Counted from the whole stretch's first letter, positions 1 to 13,614 are shown. The stretch: DNA of 63,876 bases, filler included, from Bigelowiella natans CCMP2755 (GCA_000320545.1; 5 parts of 5 records of this genome joined end to end with filler, not necessarily neighbours in it); one strand, 5' to 3'. Made by a program: numbers and translations. The notes: generated by a model not told the origin, from the letters alone.

Positions 1-399
1 GAGAAACGCAAATGTATATTTGTTGAAGTAAACACATCACGCGCCCCCCCCCCCCCCCCCCCCAATCAAATTTTACTGTGGTTACCATATAAGAAAATGT
101 GAGGTGCACAGTTGCAAATTTCATGTGTACAACCTCACAATGGATTCCCGCAGCTCGAGAGGTGGTTTTTCGGCATCCAGAGCTTGATACCACTCCATCC
201 CCAGTAAGGAGCAGGGGGGCACAGAAACAGCACTGCAGCCATAGCTATTGCAGAATTCAATCCCGCTTTCATCACATGAGAATGGGGAACAGAAGGGAAT
301 AGCCTCCTTTTTTTTTTTTTCCACGAAGATGGGGAAGGGGGGGGGGGGGGGGCTGGACGCATGATGTCTTTACTTAATATATATACATTTGCTTTCTCC

Positions 400-713
400 A
401 GGCACAAGACCCAAGCGTATATTTTGTGGGAGCGCGCGATGATGAAGGTGGGCTTTGAGCATGTGAGCAGCCCTGCTCGGGGAGACTGCTTCTATATCGA
501 GAGATAGAGAGAGAGAGGGAGAGAGAGAGAGAGAGAGAGGAAATCAACACCGGAGAAACGCAAAGAGTGGCGCCATTGTGATGGATAGTATGTACCGCGA
601 TCATGGCGAACGGTGCCCTGCTCTCTCTTTCTGAGCTACGTGTTATGTGCACACAATACAGGTTGATAAGATCGCGGACAAACAAGGACTGAAACCTGCG
701 AAGGTGAGAAAGC

Positions 714-751
<38 letters not shown>

Positions 752-2015
752 TGTTTTTGTATGTAGACGACTGGTCCATCATTCTGTGCTGCTGTGCTGC
801 TGCTGCTGCTGCTGCTGCTGTTATGTTATCGCCATCACGATATGAATGGCAGATATTGACGTCATAAGCGCTACTACCCCACTACTATTTCTACCTGTTC
901 GTCTCTATTATGGTGCGTTGGTCGTTGTCGTCGTTATGATGATCCTCGCCCTTCTTAGGTGTGGCAAGCGTTGTTTGAAGGGGCCATTAGACGTGTCAAA
1001 GGTAAGGGGTAGCACAGCGGTATTTAGTTAGTAGCGTGGTGTAAATTTCATTGCATGGTTAAGGATGTCCTGTTTATGAACTAGCAGCAGTAGCAGTGAA
1101 GGCCGCTCACATTTCCCTCGATAACATCATCGAGGAATCGTCATTTTCTTGTTTCTCATTTTTTGGTCATCACCACCACCACCACCACCACCACAATTGC
1201 TTACCACCTCTTCTGCTACATGCAATGCCTCGCCCTACTTCATCAGGATCGAACTACAAATCAATGATGCGTAAGTTGGTGCATGTCAATGTGGCAAGGC
1301 TGGCGAGGGAGGTGAGGGAATTTTTTTTTTGAAAGATGTCATCAATATATCCCAGCCCGCTCTACCGAGAGGCACGGCTGCTCTTAACGCATTGCTATGA
1401 ACTGTTGTGGAACCATCGTTCTTCGTATCATAATTGGTTAACCGCCATCCTCTCCGCCTACCTCCAGGCGCGCAGTAAAGGCATAGTCGTGGCGGATTCT
1501 GCTGTGCCGATTTTGCGCAAAGGTCGCCAATAAAGAGCCGAAGCTACATCCTACATTGATATCCACCACCCCCTCTTGCAATTTCGTTCGATTCCTGAAG
1601 CCGCCAAGGCCCCCCTTTCCCCCCAACCCCCCTTTTCGAATCACCTTGAGTATGTATTACCGCTTAGACGGTTTGCTGACGTAATTTTTGGTGGAACGAT
1701 TACCCTCTCATTATCGTCAGCATTGCTATCTTTGGCATAAATAGTAAGACGCTGCATCACTATGCTAACGTCTGTTGTCCCCCCCTCCCCCGACCTCTCG
1801 TGTGTGTGTGTTTGACTAAAAGTGAGCAACCCCGCGAGTGCACCCGGCTCACCAGGAAGGTGGTAGATGGTTGGGTCGATGATGATGATGACTATAATGA
1901 ATAGAAATGATCTTCTTCTCTCTTGCTTACGATCGATGAACACGCTTCAGGACTGAAAGAAAAGGACGGTCCTTGCGGGATGTTATAGCAGAATCGCCGA
2001 GAAGGTAAATATATG

Positions 2016-2084
<69 letters not shown>

Positions 2085-2420
2085 GTGTGTGTGTGTGTGT
2101 GTGTGTGTGTCCTTCGTGTTTTATATTCGACGTTGTGTCTACATAGGTCGCCAAGATCGATCAACAGGAAATTGGTTCGTGCATTGCCATTTAAAAAAAG
2201 AAAGACTTAGCAACAAACAACACTGGGACGGGTTCTTCATTTTTGAGTTCCACGCGCCAGCTGTCCTCTATCTCGTTATTTGTAATCATGCCTTCCCTTC
2301 CCCCCTTCCTTTGCTCCCTCCCTTCCTTCCTCCTTGTGTGTTGCACCTTCCCCTCTCCAGGCTACCCATGATTTGACTGAAAAGATGATCAGTCGGCGCC
2401 CCTACACCGAGAAGAAGCTA
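400..2420 (+). CDS. Probable multi-exon gene, unknown product (boundaries uncertain, 5' end may lie outside the window)
   Basis: Several short AG-exon-GT blocks on + separated by microsatellite introns, e.g. cag|GTTGATAAG...GCGAAG|gtgag near 663-703, tag|GTGTGG...TCAAAG|gtaag near 959-1001, cag|GCGCGC...CAAAG|gtcg near 1468-1523. I could not build a full frame or recognise a domain. Confidence 0.3.
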
Positions 2421-2515
2421 TTCTTGTGAACCGATTCAGGTAGTGATAAGTACCACTTAACACCCACTTTGCCACATTATATAAGTATATAATGATATAT
2501 ATTAATATTATATAT

Positions 2516-2583
<68 letters not shown>

Positions 2584-3924
2584 ACACCTATATATTATGC
2601 TATGTACTGGGGATTTTGACCTTCGTGATCCGCGAGATGCGAGATGACCTCTGGAGGCCATGTTGCTTTGGCGATCGTAGGGCATAAACCATTGATGTTT
2701 TGGTGTCTTTACATCCTCATTGTTATTCCTCTTCGTAATAGTACATGCATTTCTCATGCGATAAATATCAAACCGAAGGCATCATTGGACCAGCGATCTG
2801 TTCATCCACTACGTTTACTCATATGCCCCCTCGTTGCACCGTTGTTTTTGCTTGGCCATTCAATATCAGGATCAGACTTGACGAGGTCTTGATTTTGTCG
2901 TCGTCTCAGCTAGTTGACGGGCACCGATTGCCAAGTTGCTACCAATTATCATGTTTTCGCTCGCTCAAACGTCGTCGACCTTCGTTGCTACAGATTTGTT
3001 GCAAATGTGAAACGGCCGAATTGCATCAATTGTTGCCTTTTCTAGTTTTCATGCATGGAGACACAAGTTATTGTCATACAATTTGCATATACATCACACA
3101 ACGTATTTCCATGCGCGCACAGTGTCTGCGCATTTCATGCATGCTAGCTAGCATGTGCACTCTAGCACTGTGGCGTTCAGGTGGATTTCTGTGCTCACAT
3201 ATGTGTACATGTGTGCTGCTCTGTTTGCGTGAGTGCAGCGCACGGTTGTTGCATGATTCGATCCGCTAGTGTGTTAGACGGATGTAATGAATAGATCACG
3301 CTTGCTCAACAGCTATATCTCAAGGTAGCTGCCTTCATTTTGCTTCTAAATTATTAGATCCTGAGAGCAGTTTCATCTGATCATGACAAATTGTGCACAT
3401 GGGGCTGTGATGCGATCTGCATCTTCGTCGTTCAAATGAAGCAGGTTCATTTGGCATATCTTATAATCTAGATCTCAATTTTGATCGACAGATTACCACA
3501 CGCAGCTATCTTCCCTTGAGCCCCTGCCGTCTGTTCTTCCCATTCCTTGCATCGGCAGGATGGCAATGAACAATGAACAAAGGCAACTGGGATGCTTCGG
3601 AATGATACTCGAAGAACTCGGGCGCGTCGAAGGAACGGGGAACGTCTTTGAATTTATTAGGGATTTTCGCCCTGCGACACTCCCCATTGGCCATTTTTCA
3701 CGTCCATATCCGCACCGCGAGCGACGGAAAATTAATAGGTCGCTCAGCGGGAAGTTGGTCCCGCAAATTATTGACGATTCTCCATACCAAAAGTGGAATT
3801 TCGATTGAAATTCCCGCTGATGTGGTCCAAGCGACACGCAATTGAGGAAAAAAGAGGAGCATCCGTTGTTCCCCGTCACTACCGGGGATTTAATAACGTG
3901 TCCAGCCACAGAACGCATTCGTCC

Positions 3925-4623
3925 ATGGCTCCCAGCAGGACCCACATCCTCCCTGCTTCACGCCTCCTCCTTCTGCTGAATGCCGCGGGATGGGGTTTCA
4001 AATGCGCCGAATCAACAAATCCAAGGTCTGATAACGGATCTATTCCTCTGGTTGTCGCCAATGGATGCTTTTGGGGCCGGCAGCATATCTTTGCGCACGA
4101 CCTCGAGCTGCAAACCCTCAATCGGACGTCGGAAGAAGTCACAGCCATAGCTGGCTATTTCGGGGGATCTGGAGGCAATAAACGCGTGTGCTACGATAAT
4201 TCTAAGAACATATCCGTGTATTCGCAGCTTGGCCACGCAGAAGCAGTGCAGCTGGAGGTGAGATCGGAAGCCGAGCTCTCTGTCGCACTCCAGATGTACT
4301 TTGCTTCATTCGTGGAGATCTCCCCTGGAATATTCGGCCGCGAGGACTACATAGATAGAGGACCTCAGTATCGAGCAATTGTAGGAGTGCCTGGGGGTGC
4401 GAAAGGGCCGTATATGCCTCTCGTGAGGGCCGCGAACCTGCACAACATGACGCTAGTAGACGGGGCGGAGGTCAAGCAGGTAGACACCCTCGGAAAGAGT
4501 CTGGTTTACGTTTTGCCGTATGATGGGGAGGGGGACAACCATTTGTCGGATCCTAAACTAGCGTATCGTTTCTCCCAAGCCGAGCTCTGCCTCCAGTTCC
4601 ACGACAACCAGACATCCACGTAA
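3925..4623 (+). CDS. msrA: Peptide methionine sulfoxide reductase A-like protein with N-terminal hydrophobic signal
   Basis: Long uninterrupted ORF with MsrA motifs ANGCFWG, AGYFGG, GHAEAVQ, DRGPQYR and FSQAELCLQFHD. ATG at 3925 is followed by RLLLLLNAAGWG. The stop overlaps a possible gtaag donor, so a further 3' exon is possible. Confidence 0.8.
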   Translation: MAPSRTHILPASRLLLLLNAAGWGFKCAESTNPRSDNGSIPLVVANGCFWGRQHIFAHDLELQTLNRTSEEVTAIAGYFGGSGGNKRVCYDNSKNISVYSQLGHAEAVQLEVRSEAELSVALQMYFASFVEISPGIFGREDYIDRGPQYRAIVGVPGGAKGPYMPLVRAANLHNMTLVDGAEVKQVDTLGKSLVYVLPYDGEGDNHLSDPKLAYRFSQAELCLQFHDNQTST

Positions 4624-6005
4624 GGACGCACACGCGCAGTCGCTTTGATCGTTGTGAGTTAGCAGAGTGATCGGAACATGGCTTGCCGTCGTGGTGTTCT
4701 TGGTTTAGCGATGTATCGTAAATGTTAAATATTGATGGTGTGAAGGACGGGGATCTAGATCTTGATTTAGACATCGATGTTGCGATGAACTTAGGTATCC
4801 GGAAACGTATCACGCATTGAGGGAGGCGCTCCAAGCAACAGGCAGACTCGTCGCGACAACATGTCCATCTCCTTATCCCTGCGAGGGTTAGGAAGAATTC
4901 GGCCGCTGAATTTCCACACATTTGCAATGCCGCACCTCTTTGAACAAATGCATGACGTGTGCCCTTTCAAAACACCGAGAAGTCCTAGATGTAGTGCACG
5001 TCGTTGAAGCCTCTCAAACGACACAAACCTGCGAAGCTGGTCACGTTTAAATGAACAAATTCACTCCATCAAGGAAACCGGCAGCTCCATATTTTTGGGT
5101 CTCATGATCCTGATGGCGAAGCACTTGCACAGCAATGAAGATGAGAGCATCTTCAAGTCACGTTTGATGTGCAGAATGAAAACAGTTTTCAAAATCAAAC
5201 AAAACGCAACAGTAGGATCAATTGCTAGCTGTGCAACTCCGTGTGATTGCGCATCCGAACATCAATGAAATGTTCAACAAGATGCAGAGGCGGGATGATG
5301 CGCTAGAAGGCGCCGAGGGCTTAACTTTTTTTTTTTTTATCACAATTGGTGACACGCTGTCAAGGCAGGATGATGCGATGAAAGGCGCCAAGCTGCTGTC
5401 ACACACACTGTGTCCACAGTTGCCAAAGCTACACGCACGTTGTTTCTTTTTGTCGTGTGATTTCGCAAAAGCGGAAACTTGAGCCTCACTGCAGTGTTGC
5501 ACAGTGTTTTTCTGCGCATGCTAGTGCAATTCGACGGCAGATCATGCATGTGCGCACACGATCGCACTTTTCGCCCCTTCTTACTCTCTCTCTCTCTGTC
5601 GCACCTACATGCCATCATGTTCATGAACATGCCTGTGTAGCTGTGACATGTCTCATGCAAATGTTTCCTCAAACTCATTGCATGAATGAAAAGCACAACA
5701 GAAACAAACAAACACATTTAGAGAGCTGTAGCCGCAGTTCTGCATAGCTACATTAGGATGGCTGTTGAAAAGATCCAATTTATATAATAATAGATATTAC
5801 ATGTCTACAATTTTATTCATGACATTCGTCTCATATGCCTCCTTCAGGACGACAATTGAAAAAAAAAAATACATTCATTGCATCCGTCATCCGCCTCACA
5901 TGTGTCCCTTCGACGCCAAATTTAGGATGCAGGTAATGACTAATCATTGATGAATTAACTTGCTATCAGCTGTTTGCATGAAACTAGTATCCTTTTGGTT
6001 GCTCT

Positions 6006-6039
6006 TTAGCTATCATTGTTGCTGTCGTCGTCCGTGAGC

Positions 6040-6072
<33 letters not shown>

Positions 6073-6600
6073 ATACCCTGATTTTCCCTCGCCGGGCGCA
6101 CATCGAATATCCATCGGTCCTTCGTCGAGTCACGAGCATAGGTTGCATGGTCTAGTACCTGCGCAAATAACATGGAGAGCATTACGACAGATACCTTTCT
6201 GCACCACGTTCTCTCTCCCCCGTTAATTAAATTTATCATATACGTAGCCGCGGCCATGCTAACGCACCTTCAGCGTGACTTTCATCCCGATCACAAAGGT
6301 CGGTGCCCGACTGTTGCCTGTAATGAAAGATGATTCGATCAACGACTCTCTCGCTGCCGCCACGTTCGGCGACGTTATAAGACACGGGTGCGGTGGGGGA
6401 AAAGGAGGGGTAGGGAGATTGGCCAGATAGACTAGTTATCGTTGTGAACGAGAGCTATCGTCTGCGGAGGAGAAGAATAGCGCTGCTGTACTGCTAGAGA
6501 ACTACGAGTATGGCAAGTCAACCCAAAGGAGAGATGCTGATAGCTGTGCCCCATCGTCCGAAGGTTTTCTATCCGTTGGCACGTACATGCCTTCCAGCAC
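6006..6600 (-). CDS. 3' end of a hypothetical protein with acidic tail (5' part lost in gap)
   Basis: Minus-strand exons cag|GNSRAPTFVIGMKVTLK|gtgcg and cag|VLDHATYARDSTKDRWIFDVRPARENQGIDDDD...DS*. Confidence 0.45.
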
Positions 6601-6625
6601 CAAAAAATTACCAATTCAGCGCGCA

Positions 6626-6725
6626 NNNNNNNNNNNNNNNNNNNNNNNNNNNNNNNNNNNNNNNNNNNNTTAATTAATTAANNNNNNNNNNNNNNNNNNN
6701 NNNNNNNNNNNNNNNNNNNNNNNNN
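6626..6725. other. Artificial scaffold linker (N44-TTAATTAATTAA-N44)
   Basis: 100-bp N run with a central six-frame stop spacer; same design at three other sites. Confidence 0.97.
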
Positions 6726-7207
6726 ATCACTTGTAGTAGTAGTAGCAGTAGTAGTAGTAGTAGTAGTAGTAGTAGATATCATCACATGTGATGTCATCGT
6801 GCTGCTCAAGCTTCATATTAATAAGAGACAACAGTTATAATTTCATTCTGTATCCCCCTCCTGTGCACTGCTATGATCATCATCATCATCACCACCACCA
6901 CCATCATCATAATCATCACCATCTAACGGTAGGTGCACCAAGGACATGTATACTCACCTCATACTGAGTGGATTCGATACAATGGCGGTACCGGGGGTAG
7001 TGGCAGCAGCAGAAACAACAGCAACAATAGGGGGCCGAACAATAATCATTACGCGACAGACGGCGGAGACCATGAGTAATTAATTGATGCTCAGATGTTT
7101 TGCCGAGAATGATGCTGCAAAAAATATCCAAATGATCAATTTGGCAGCGAAATTGAAGGATATGACTTATTTGTGTTGTGTTGCGTCGTGTTCTTTCCGT
7201 TATTCCA

Positions 7208-8142
7208 GGCATGATAGCTTGGTCGCGTATGAGGTATTACGAACACACGCACACGCACACACACACCCACACACACACACACACACTCACGCTACTTGGA
7301 ATGGGAGAAGAAACCATATGGCAGATATACGGATGGCGGCGTATATCGTTTGTGCGTTTTTATGTTAGGTGCCAAGATTTGATGAGAGAGCAGATGTAGA
7401 AGCCGAAGGAGGTGATGACGGCGAAGGAGGTCATCAAGAAGATAACGCAACGACTTTTTCAGGAATTCCTCTTTCCCGTTTAACAACACACACAACACTC
7501 ATATAGTTGGGGGTTTGGTTGGACTAGATACTCACAGGTTGTTTACGTGTGGTTTGCTGCTGACTCTCGGAATATGTGCTACCAAATATGACAGAGAAGG
7601 AAGGGCCCTTAAGGATAGAAGTAAACGCCCGATTCGATGTACAGGTGAGAGAAATTGTACAGCGCGTCGGTGTAACCAGCTGAGAGTAAGACAACACCAC
7701 TGCCGATGACCTTTTCTATTTGGGATTATTCGTTGAATTATTATCACCACGTAGTGTCGACGTTTGTTGCTACATCGATGATAGTGACGTGCTCATTGAC
7801 CTGTTTTAGTCATTATTATTATTAGCAGTAGTAGCACTAATACATTTTTCTCATCATTATCATCATCATCATCATCACAGGATAGATATGGGAAGTGGTA
7901 CAGAGCGACTGTTATTGACTGCGACCGTTCCACCGGTGAGTATCACGCTTGCTGCGAATACGTTCAATTATTTACGATATCTACGGCAAGAGAGAAGAGA
8001 AAAGAGCGAAGTAAATAATCAACTCAAAAAAAGAAAAACGCCGGTCAATACGATAACACATTATGTATATCAGTTATGCTCGGTGAATATCCTCATCATT
8101 TTGTTCCCTATTTTTTAATTTGACAATTCTCCCCTTTAACTC

Positions 8143-8187
<45 letters not shown>

Positions 8188-10470
8188 CTGGCCTTTTCTG
8201 CGTTGTGTTGTCTCTTAGGCATCGTGCGAGTGAATTTTGATGGTGGGTTGCTGCCTTGGCACACGACGTTTGATGCTTTCTAATGAACGATAAAGTTCTA
8301 ATCGGCATTGAGAGCGATTGGCCCTATTGCTGTTGTATATAGACGTGGATGCTGACGATGCATTTTATGATGATGATCAGGTTTCGACTCGCAGTACGAC
8401 GAGGATGTCTCTGTGCGAAGTGGCAGGGTATTACACATGAAATATGTGATGCTCATACTGATGATGATGAGGAGGAGGGTAGGATGACAAGAAATGACGT
8501 CCAAACCTGTGCGCCTATTGGCCTCGGTGTCGCGTTGTGATTACTGAAACCGATTATGCTCGTCATCATCATCATAATCATTATCATAATCACTGGTGCT
8601 ACTGCTGCTGCTGCTACTGCGTAATCTAACAGATTGCTCGTCTTAACACGCGTGCGACCACGATGCTAAGCGCGAAGGAATGCCTCAAACTCCCACATGA
8701 TGTTGTGCAGGTACTACGCTAAAAAGTAGACATACACGTAATTAATCTTTACCTCTCTCTCTGTGTGTGTGTTATCATTATTCCAGCTACTACATAGTTC
8801 TCATCAAGATGACTCCCCTAACGTCTTTCTTGTTGTTGTTGTTGTTATTGTTGTTGTTCCTGTCTTCTTATGGTACAAGGTCGTCTGCATGCATCGCCGA
8901 CTAGTCAAACAGCCCAAGAGGCGGAGGATTCTTCCAGACGGCAATGTTAAACCGAAGGTAGTAGTAGTAGTAGTAGTAGCAATGTTAAACCAAAGGTAGT
9001 AGTAGTAGTAGTAGTAGCACCTGATAGAGGAAGGAAAGGGGGCGGTGGCTGCCATAAGAACGAGGACTAGATAGAGCGTCAACATTTCATTGAAACACGT
9101 AGAGCATATATTCATGGAGAAGAAGACAAGGGTGAGTTTACATGTGAGTAGGGGATAATCATGCATCGTCCTTATCATAATAATAGTACTAATCATCATC
9201 ATCATCATCATCATTATCATCATTATCATCATTATTGCATAATAGATTTGGAGTATTCCGATCGTGCTATTTGTCAAGAAGAACACGACATCACGAAATC
9301 TGTACGACGGCATAAATACAGCTAATATCACCACCACCACCACCTCCTTTGACAATAACAACAACGGAAAGAACAATCAAAGCAGCAATTGACTAAAGCT
9401 CGTTTTACTTCTAAAACTATATATGACAGTCATTATCACCAATTTGGTTGATCGATGATGATGATGATGATGACTCTCATCAGGTATATGGAGGTGTGGA
9501 AACGTACGTGGCGTTATGCCCCCTCTCCTCTACCGCTCACGATCAACAAGCAGGTGCTGCTATTGCTGCTAATGATGATAATGATGAAGAAGAAGAAGAA
9601 GAAGAAGAAGAAGAAAATCTACGATGGAGAGGACTGTGACTGTTGTTGCTATTGTTGTTGTTGTTGATGATGATGATAATAATACGACCATGATAATTTT
9701 GATATCAGTCTGTGGTAATGTGCCCCTTCAAACTTCGACTGGTGAACGTCAAGGTGACGATCTTGGAACAATGCAGATTTGCTGCTGCTGCTGCTGCCCA
9801 TAGATAGATGGATGTTTAGCTGCTGCTGCTGCCACTTTCTCCTCCTCGTACGTGATGATGCGAGCATATCCCTTTCATTGATGATTATCGTCATCGTCGT
9901 CGTCATCGTTGTTGTTGTTGTTGTTGTTGTTGTTGCCGTTCTTCTATCCGAAGGGTTATTCATGCGCAAGATGTCCCTGGGACGCTTATTGCATAGGTAT
10001 CATCATCATCATCATCATCATCATCATCGGAGCGATGAGATATTGTTGTCGTTGTTGTTGTCTTTTTTTATCTTCAATCTGTACGATCATGTTTTGTTTC
10101 CTCCTCCCCCCCCCTACTATGATGCTGATTGTGCTACGTGATTACTCTGTTGTTGCTGCTGCTTCGACTACTACTACTATCACCAGGAATGCCATTGCCA
10201 GAGGCGCCTAACGTGCATCTAGAGCTTGCTGATAACGTCCACATCGCCGTCGATTGGTCCTCCTCCTCCTCCTCCTCCTCCTCCTCCTCCTTCTCCTCTT
10301 ACCGTTTCTGTCTGTCTTCTCTCGTGTGTTTGGTTTGTTCTGTGTGGCTCATTCTATCGTTGTCATCTTGGTGTTCCTCATTACCCTTGCATATATTCAT
10401 TCTGTGGTTGCAGTTTTATATTATTAGTATCACTCATCATTATTCATAACAACGGGCTTCTTCTTCTACT

Positions 10471-10501
<31 letters not shown>

Positions 10502-11725
10502 ATCATGATGATGACGATGATGATGATGATAGCTTATGATGATGTTCAGGGCTTCGAGTTATTGCCGAGAGTATCTCAACGAGAGGGCAATGCGGGTACT
10601 CATCAGAAAATATTTACACCGTACAGCGTAGGGATTCCTCACCATTAAATCCTATTTTCTTCTTCTTCTTCTTCTTCTGCCTCTTCCTCCTTCCCCCACC
10701 CCCCCAACAGAGGTTTGACGTGCACCAGAGTCGAAGGTGAGTTATTTTGCCCATCGGCTGAGAGTCGGCAGCAGCAGCAGCAGCAACATACTACAAAAGA
10801 AATATATTTATTGATTGATATCACCAATACAGCACTGAATTCCCCATGGTGATGATCTATGTACCTATTTATCTCTCTACTATCTCCTCCTCCTCCTCTT
10901 CTGATGATGATGATGATGATGATGAATTTATTCATTCTTCATCCACAGGTTCGCTCTCATGGAGTCGAGTCGGCATGTGGATATTGGTAGTAGCCATAGC
11001 AGCAGCACCACCAGCAGCAGCATCACATAGAAACAGCAGCATAAAGTGTGAGGGGGGGGGGAAGGGGGGAGGAGAGTCACCAGAGCGTCTCTCACTCACC
11101 CCCCTCCCCCTATATTCGAATGGCGGCACAAAGTAACCATCTTGCATTGTAGTTGGGGTTATTGACTGGTGGATTTATGGTCGTCGTTGCTGCTGTTGTT
11201 GTTGTTGTTGTTGTCGTTGTTGTTGTTCTTGGCAGGTCGTTGCTTTAAACGTTTCACGGAGAAAGAACGCATCAAAGAAGTATATTGTTCTCAGGTAGGT
11301 AAAGGGGGGGTGGGGGGGGGGTTTATCATGTTGTGATTATTGGTTAAAACACTGTCAGTGTTGCAATAGTAGCTATTTTTACTTTGTATCCCGGAAAGTG
11401 ATCCTAAGTCAAGGTTGTTCTGGCTTTCTTCTTCTTCTTCTTCTTCTTCTTCTTCTTCTCGGTGTTTGTGTTAATTTTGTGTGGCAGCTGAAGCAACACC
11501 TCCCTGCGACGAAGCGCATGGAATTGTAATATCAGCACAAATCACGATAAATATAAATATAAAGAACGTTATCTCACAACATAGGAATCCCTCACCACCA
11601 CCACCACCACCACCAATTCTATGGGTTATAATGCACAACATAAGCAACACCCAACGTTACAACCCATGTGTAGATATTCGCTGCCTCCAATACTGGTTCT
11701 ACATCTTAAGAGGCTCGTGCAGGTA

Positions 11726-11767
<42 letters not shown>

Positions 11768-12037
11768 TTATTATTATTATCTTAAGTAATGACCAAAAAG
11801 TGTAGATAATGCTTAGACTGCCCACCACTCGTATAATAGTCACATCCTAGACAGCTCACATACAACGTTTTACTGCTGCCTACAGGGAGGAAAGATCCAA
11901 AGCTTTGTTGACTTTCCGATCAATGGGTAGTAGAATGAGCAGCTTCAACAACACATATGAGTATCATTGATGATGCTGATGACGATGCTGATGGTGGCGG
12001 GAAAATGTGAGTGTGCGAGTATGCGAGTGTGTATGTG

Positions 12038-12069
<32 letters not shown>

Positions 12070-13582
12070 CTAGTGAGTTGGATCGATGAAGTAGATTAGT
12101 ACCGCCGAGGAGAAAACCATGATTCATTGTAAAACACTTGCATCATCGTCACCATTGCGATGTACTTGATGATGATGATGATGATGATGATGTTGCTGCT
12201 TTTACTAGGTTTGATCCTTCTGAATACCTCACTGCAAGCGCAAAAGAAGGAACTGTTAGTGTCCAGGTCGTATCTGCAGGATTAGTAGTGATGATGATCA
12301 TGATTATGATGATTTCGAGAAAGAAAAGCACTTGAGTATTAGGAGAGCGCCCTTGATCACAGTGGTGCATGAATGTCTTAACATTAGAAATATATCGAAA
12401 ATATATCGACTACCTCAGCAGCAGCTCTGATATTTAATGACAACAATTCGTTATGATGTGCTAAATGTACCGAATATAAATACAGCAAAGGGCTCGAGAG
12501 ATGGAGACGGAGGTGGTGCTGCACGATATGAGAGAAAAGCACAAATAAATAATTATATCTTTCTGTGATGGTAGCTGCGTTGTATGCGAAAACAATTACA
12601 GTGATGATGATTTATTTGGAAATAATCGGCATGTGAAAGCAGCCAACCTCATCGTAGTCGCTATAATATCCACCACCACTGTTGTCATCATCAACATCTT
12701 CATCATCGTTATCAATATCATCATCGTCATTATTATTTTGCCAATGACTACAGCCAGGAGATGACAATTTAAGATATATCATGTGTGCTTAGTACTACCG
12801 CAACGATGAGGATGATGGGGATGGTGATGATGATGACGATGATGATGATGACGATGACACTCAGATTCGGCGCAAGCGAAGAGGGACGACTAATCGTCGT
12901 CATCAAAGAAACAGCAACAACGATAATGACAACGATATTGACAGAAAGAAAAGCACGGGTTCGCTAGTTTTTCCTCCCTCACAGCTACCCCCCCCCACAC
13001 ACACACATATATACTGTAACCAACAATAACATATTCATGCACACAGCGAGAAGGCGGAATGACAGGACGAATGGGCCAATGATACCAGCTCCTATGCCAC
13101 CGCCATCAGCAGCAGCAAAGAGAGAAAGAGGAGGAGGAGAAGGAGGAAGAGGAGCGATTTCTTCTTCTTCTTCGTCGTCTTCTTTAAAACCACAAAATCA
13201 ACAGCAGCAGCAGCAGCAACAACAACATTCACTGCCTGCTGAGGAGGATGATCATCTCTACGACTTGTTCGCTGTGATTAATCACTATGGAGGTCTAATT
13301 GTCTTCTTCTTCTCCTTCTCCTTCTTTACCATAACCATTTTTCATCCTTTCCTCCCTTTACCTTCACGCTCTCTTATAATGAAGAAATCCTCCTAGCAGC
13401 TGCCATTATCTACTTCGTCGGGAATATGCACTGCAACCACCATCATTATTATGATTATCCTTATCATCGTCATCTTCTCCTTCTCCTCCTCCTTCTCCTC
13501 CTTCCTTTTCACACGATTAGGTGCTGGTGGGGGTCACTACGTGGCCTTTTGCAAGGCAGGAGTCATTCAAGAAGGTGGGTGC

Positions 13583-13614
<32 letters not shown>

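Noticed and set aside
1892-2757. ORFs with poly-HT/YI/CV tracts, and poly-M/H/V/L ORFs throughout the window
   Set aside because: Translations of di- and trinucleotide microsatellites in introns.
6670-6681. TTAATTAATTAA palindrome inside N runs (also near 30296, 61094, 62666)
   Set aside because: Assembly spacer with stops in all six frames; adjacency across these linkers is not biological evidence.
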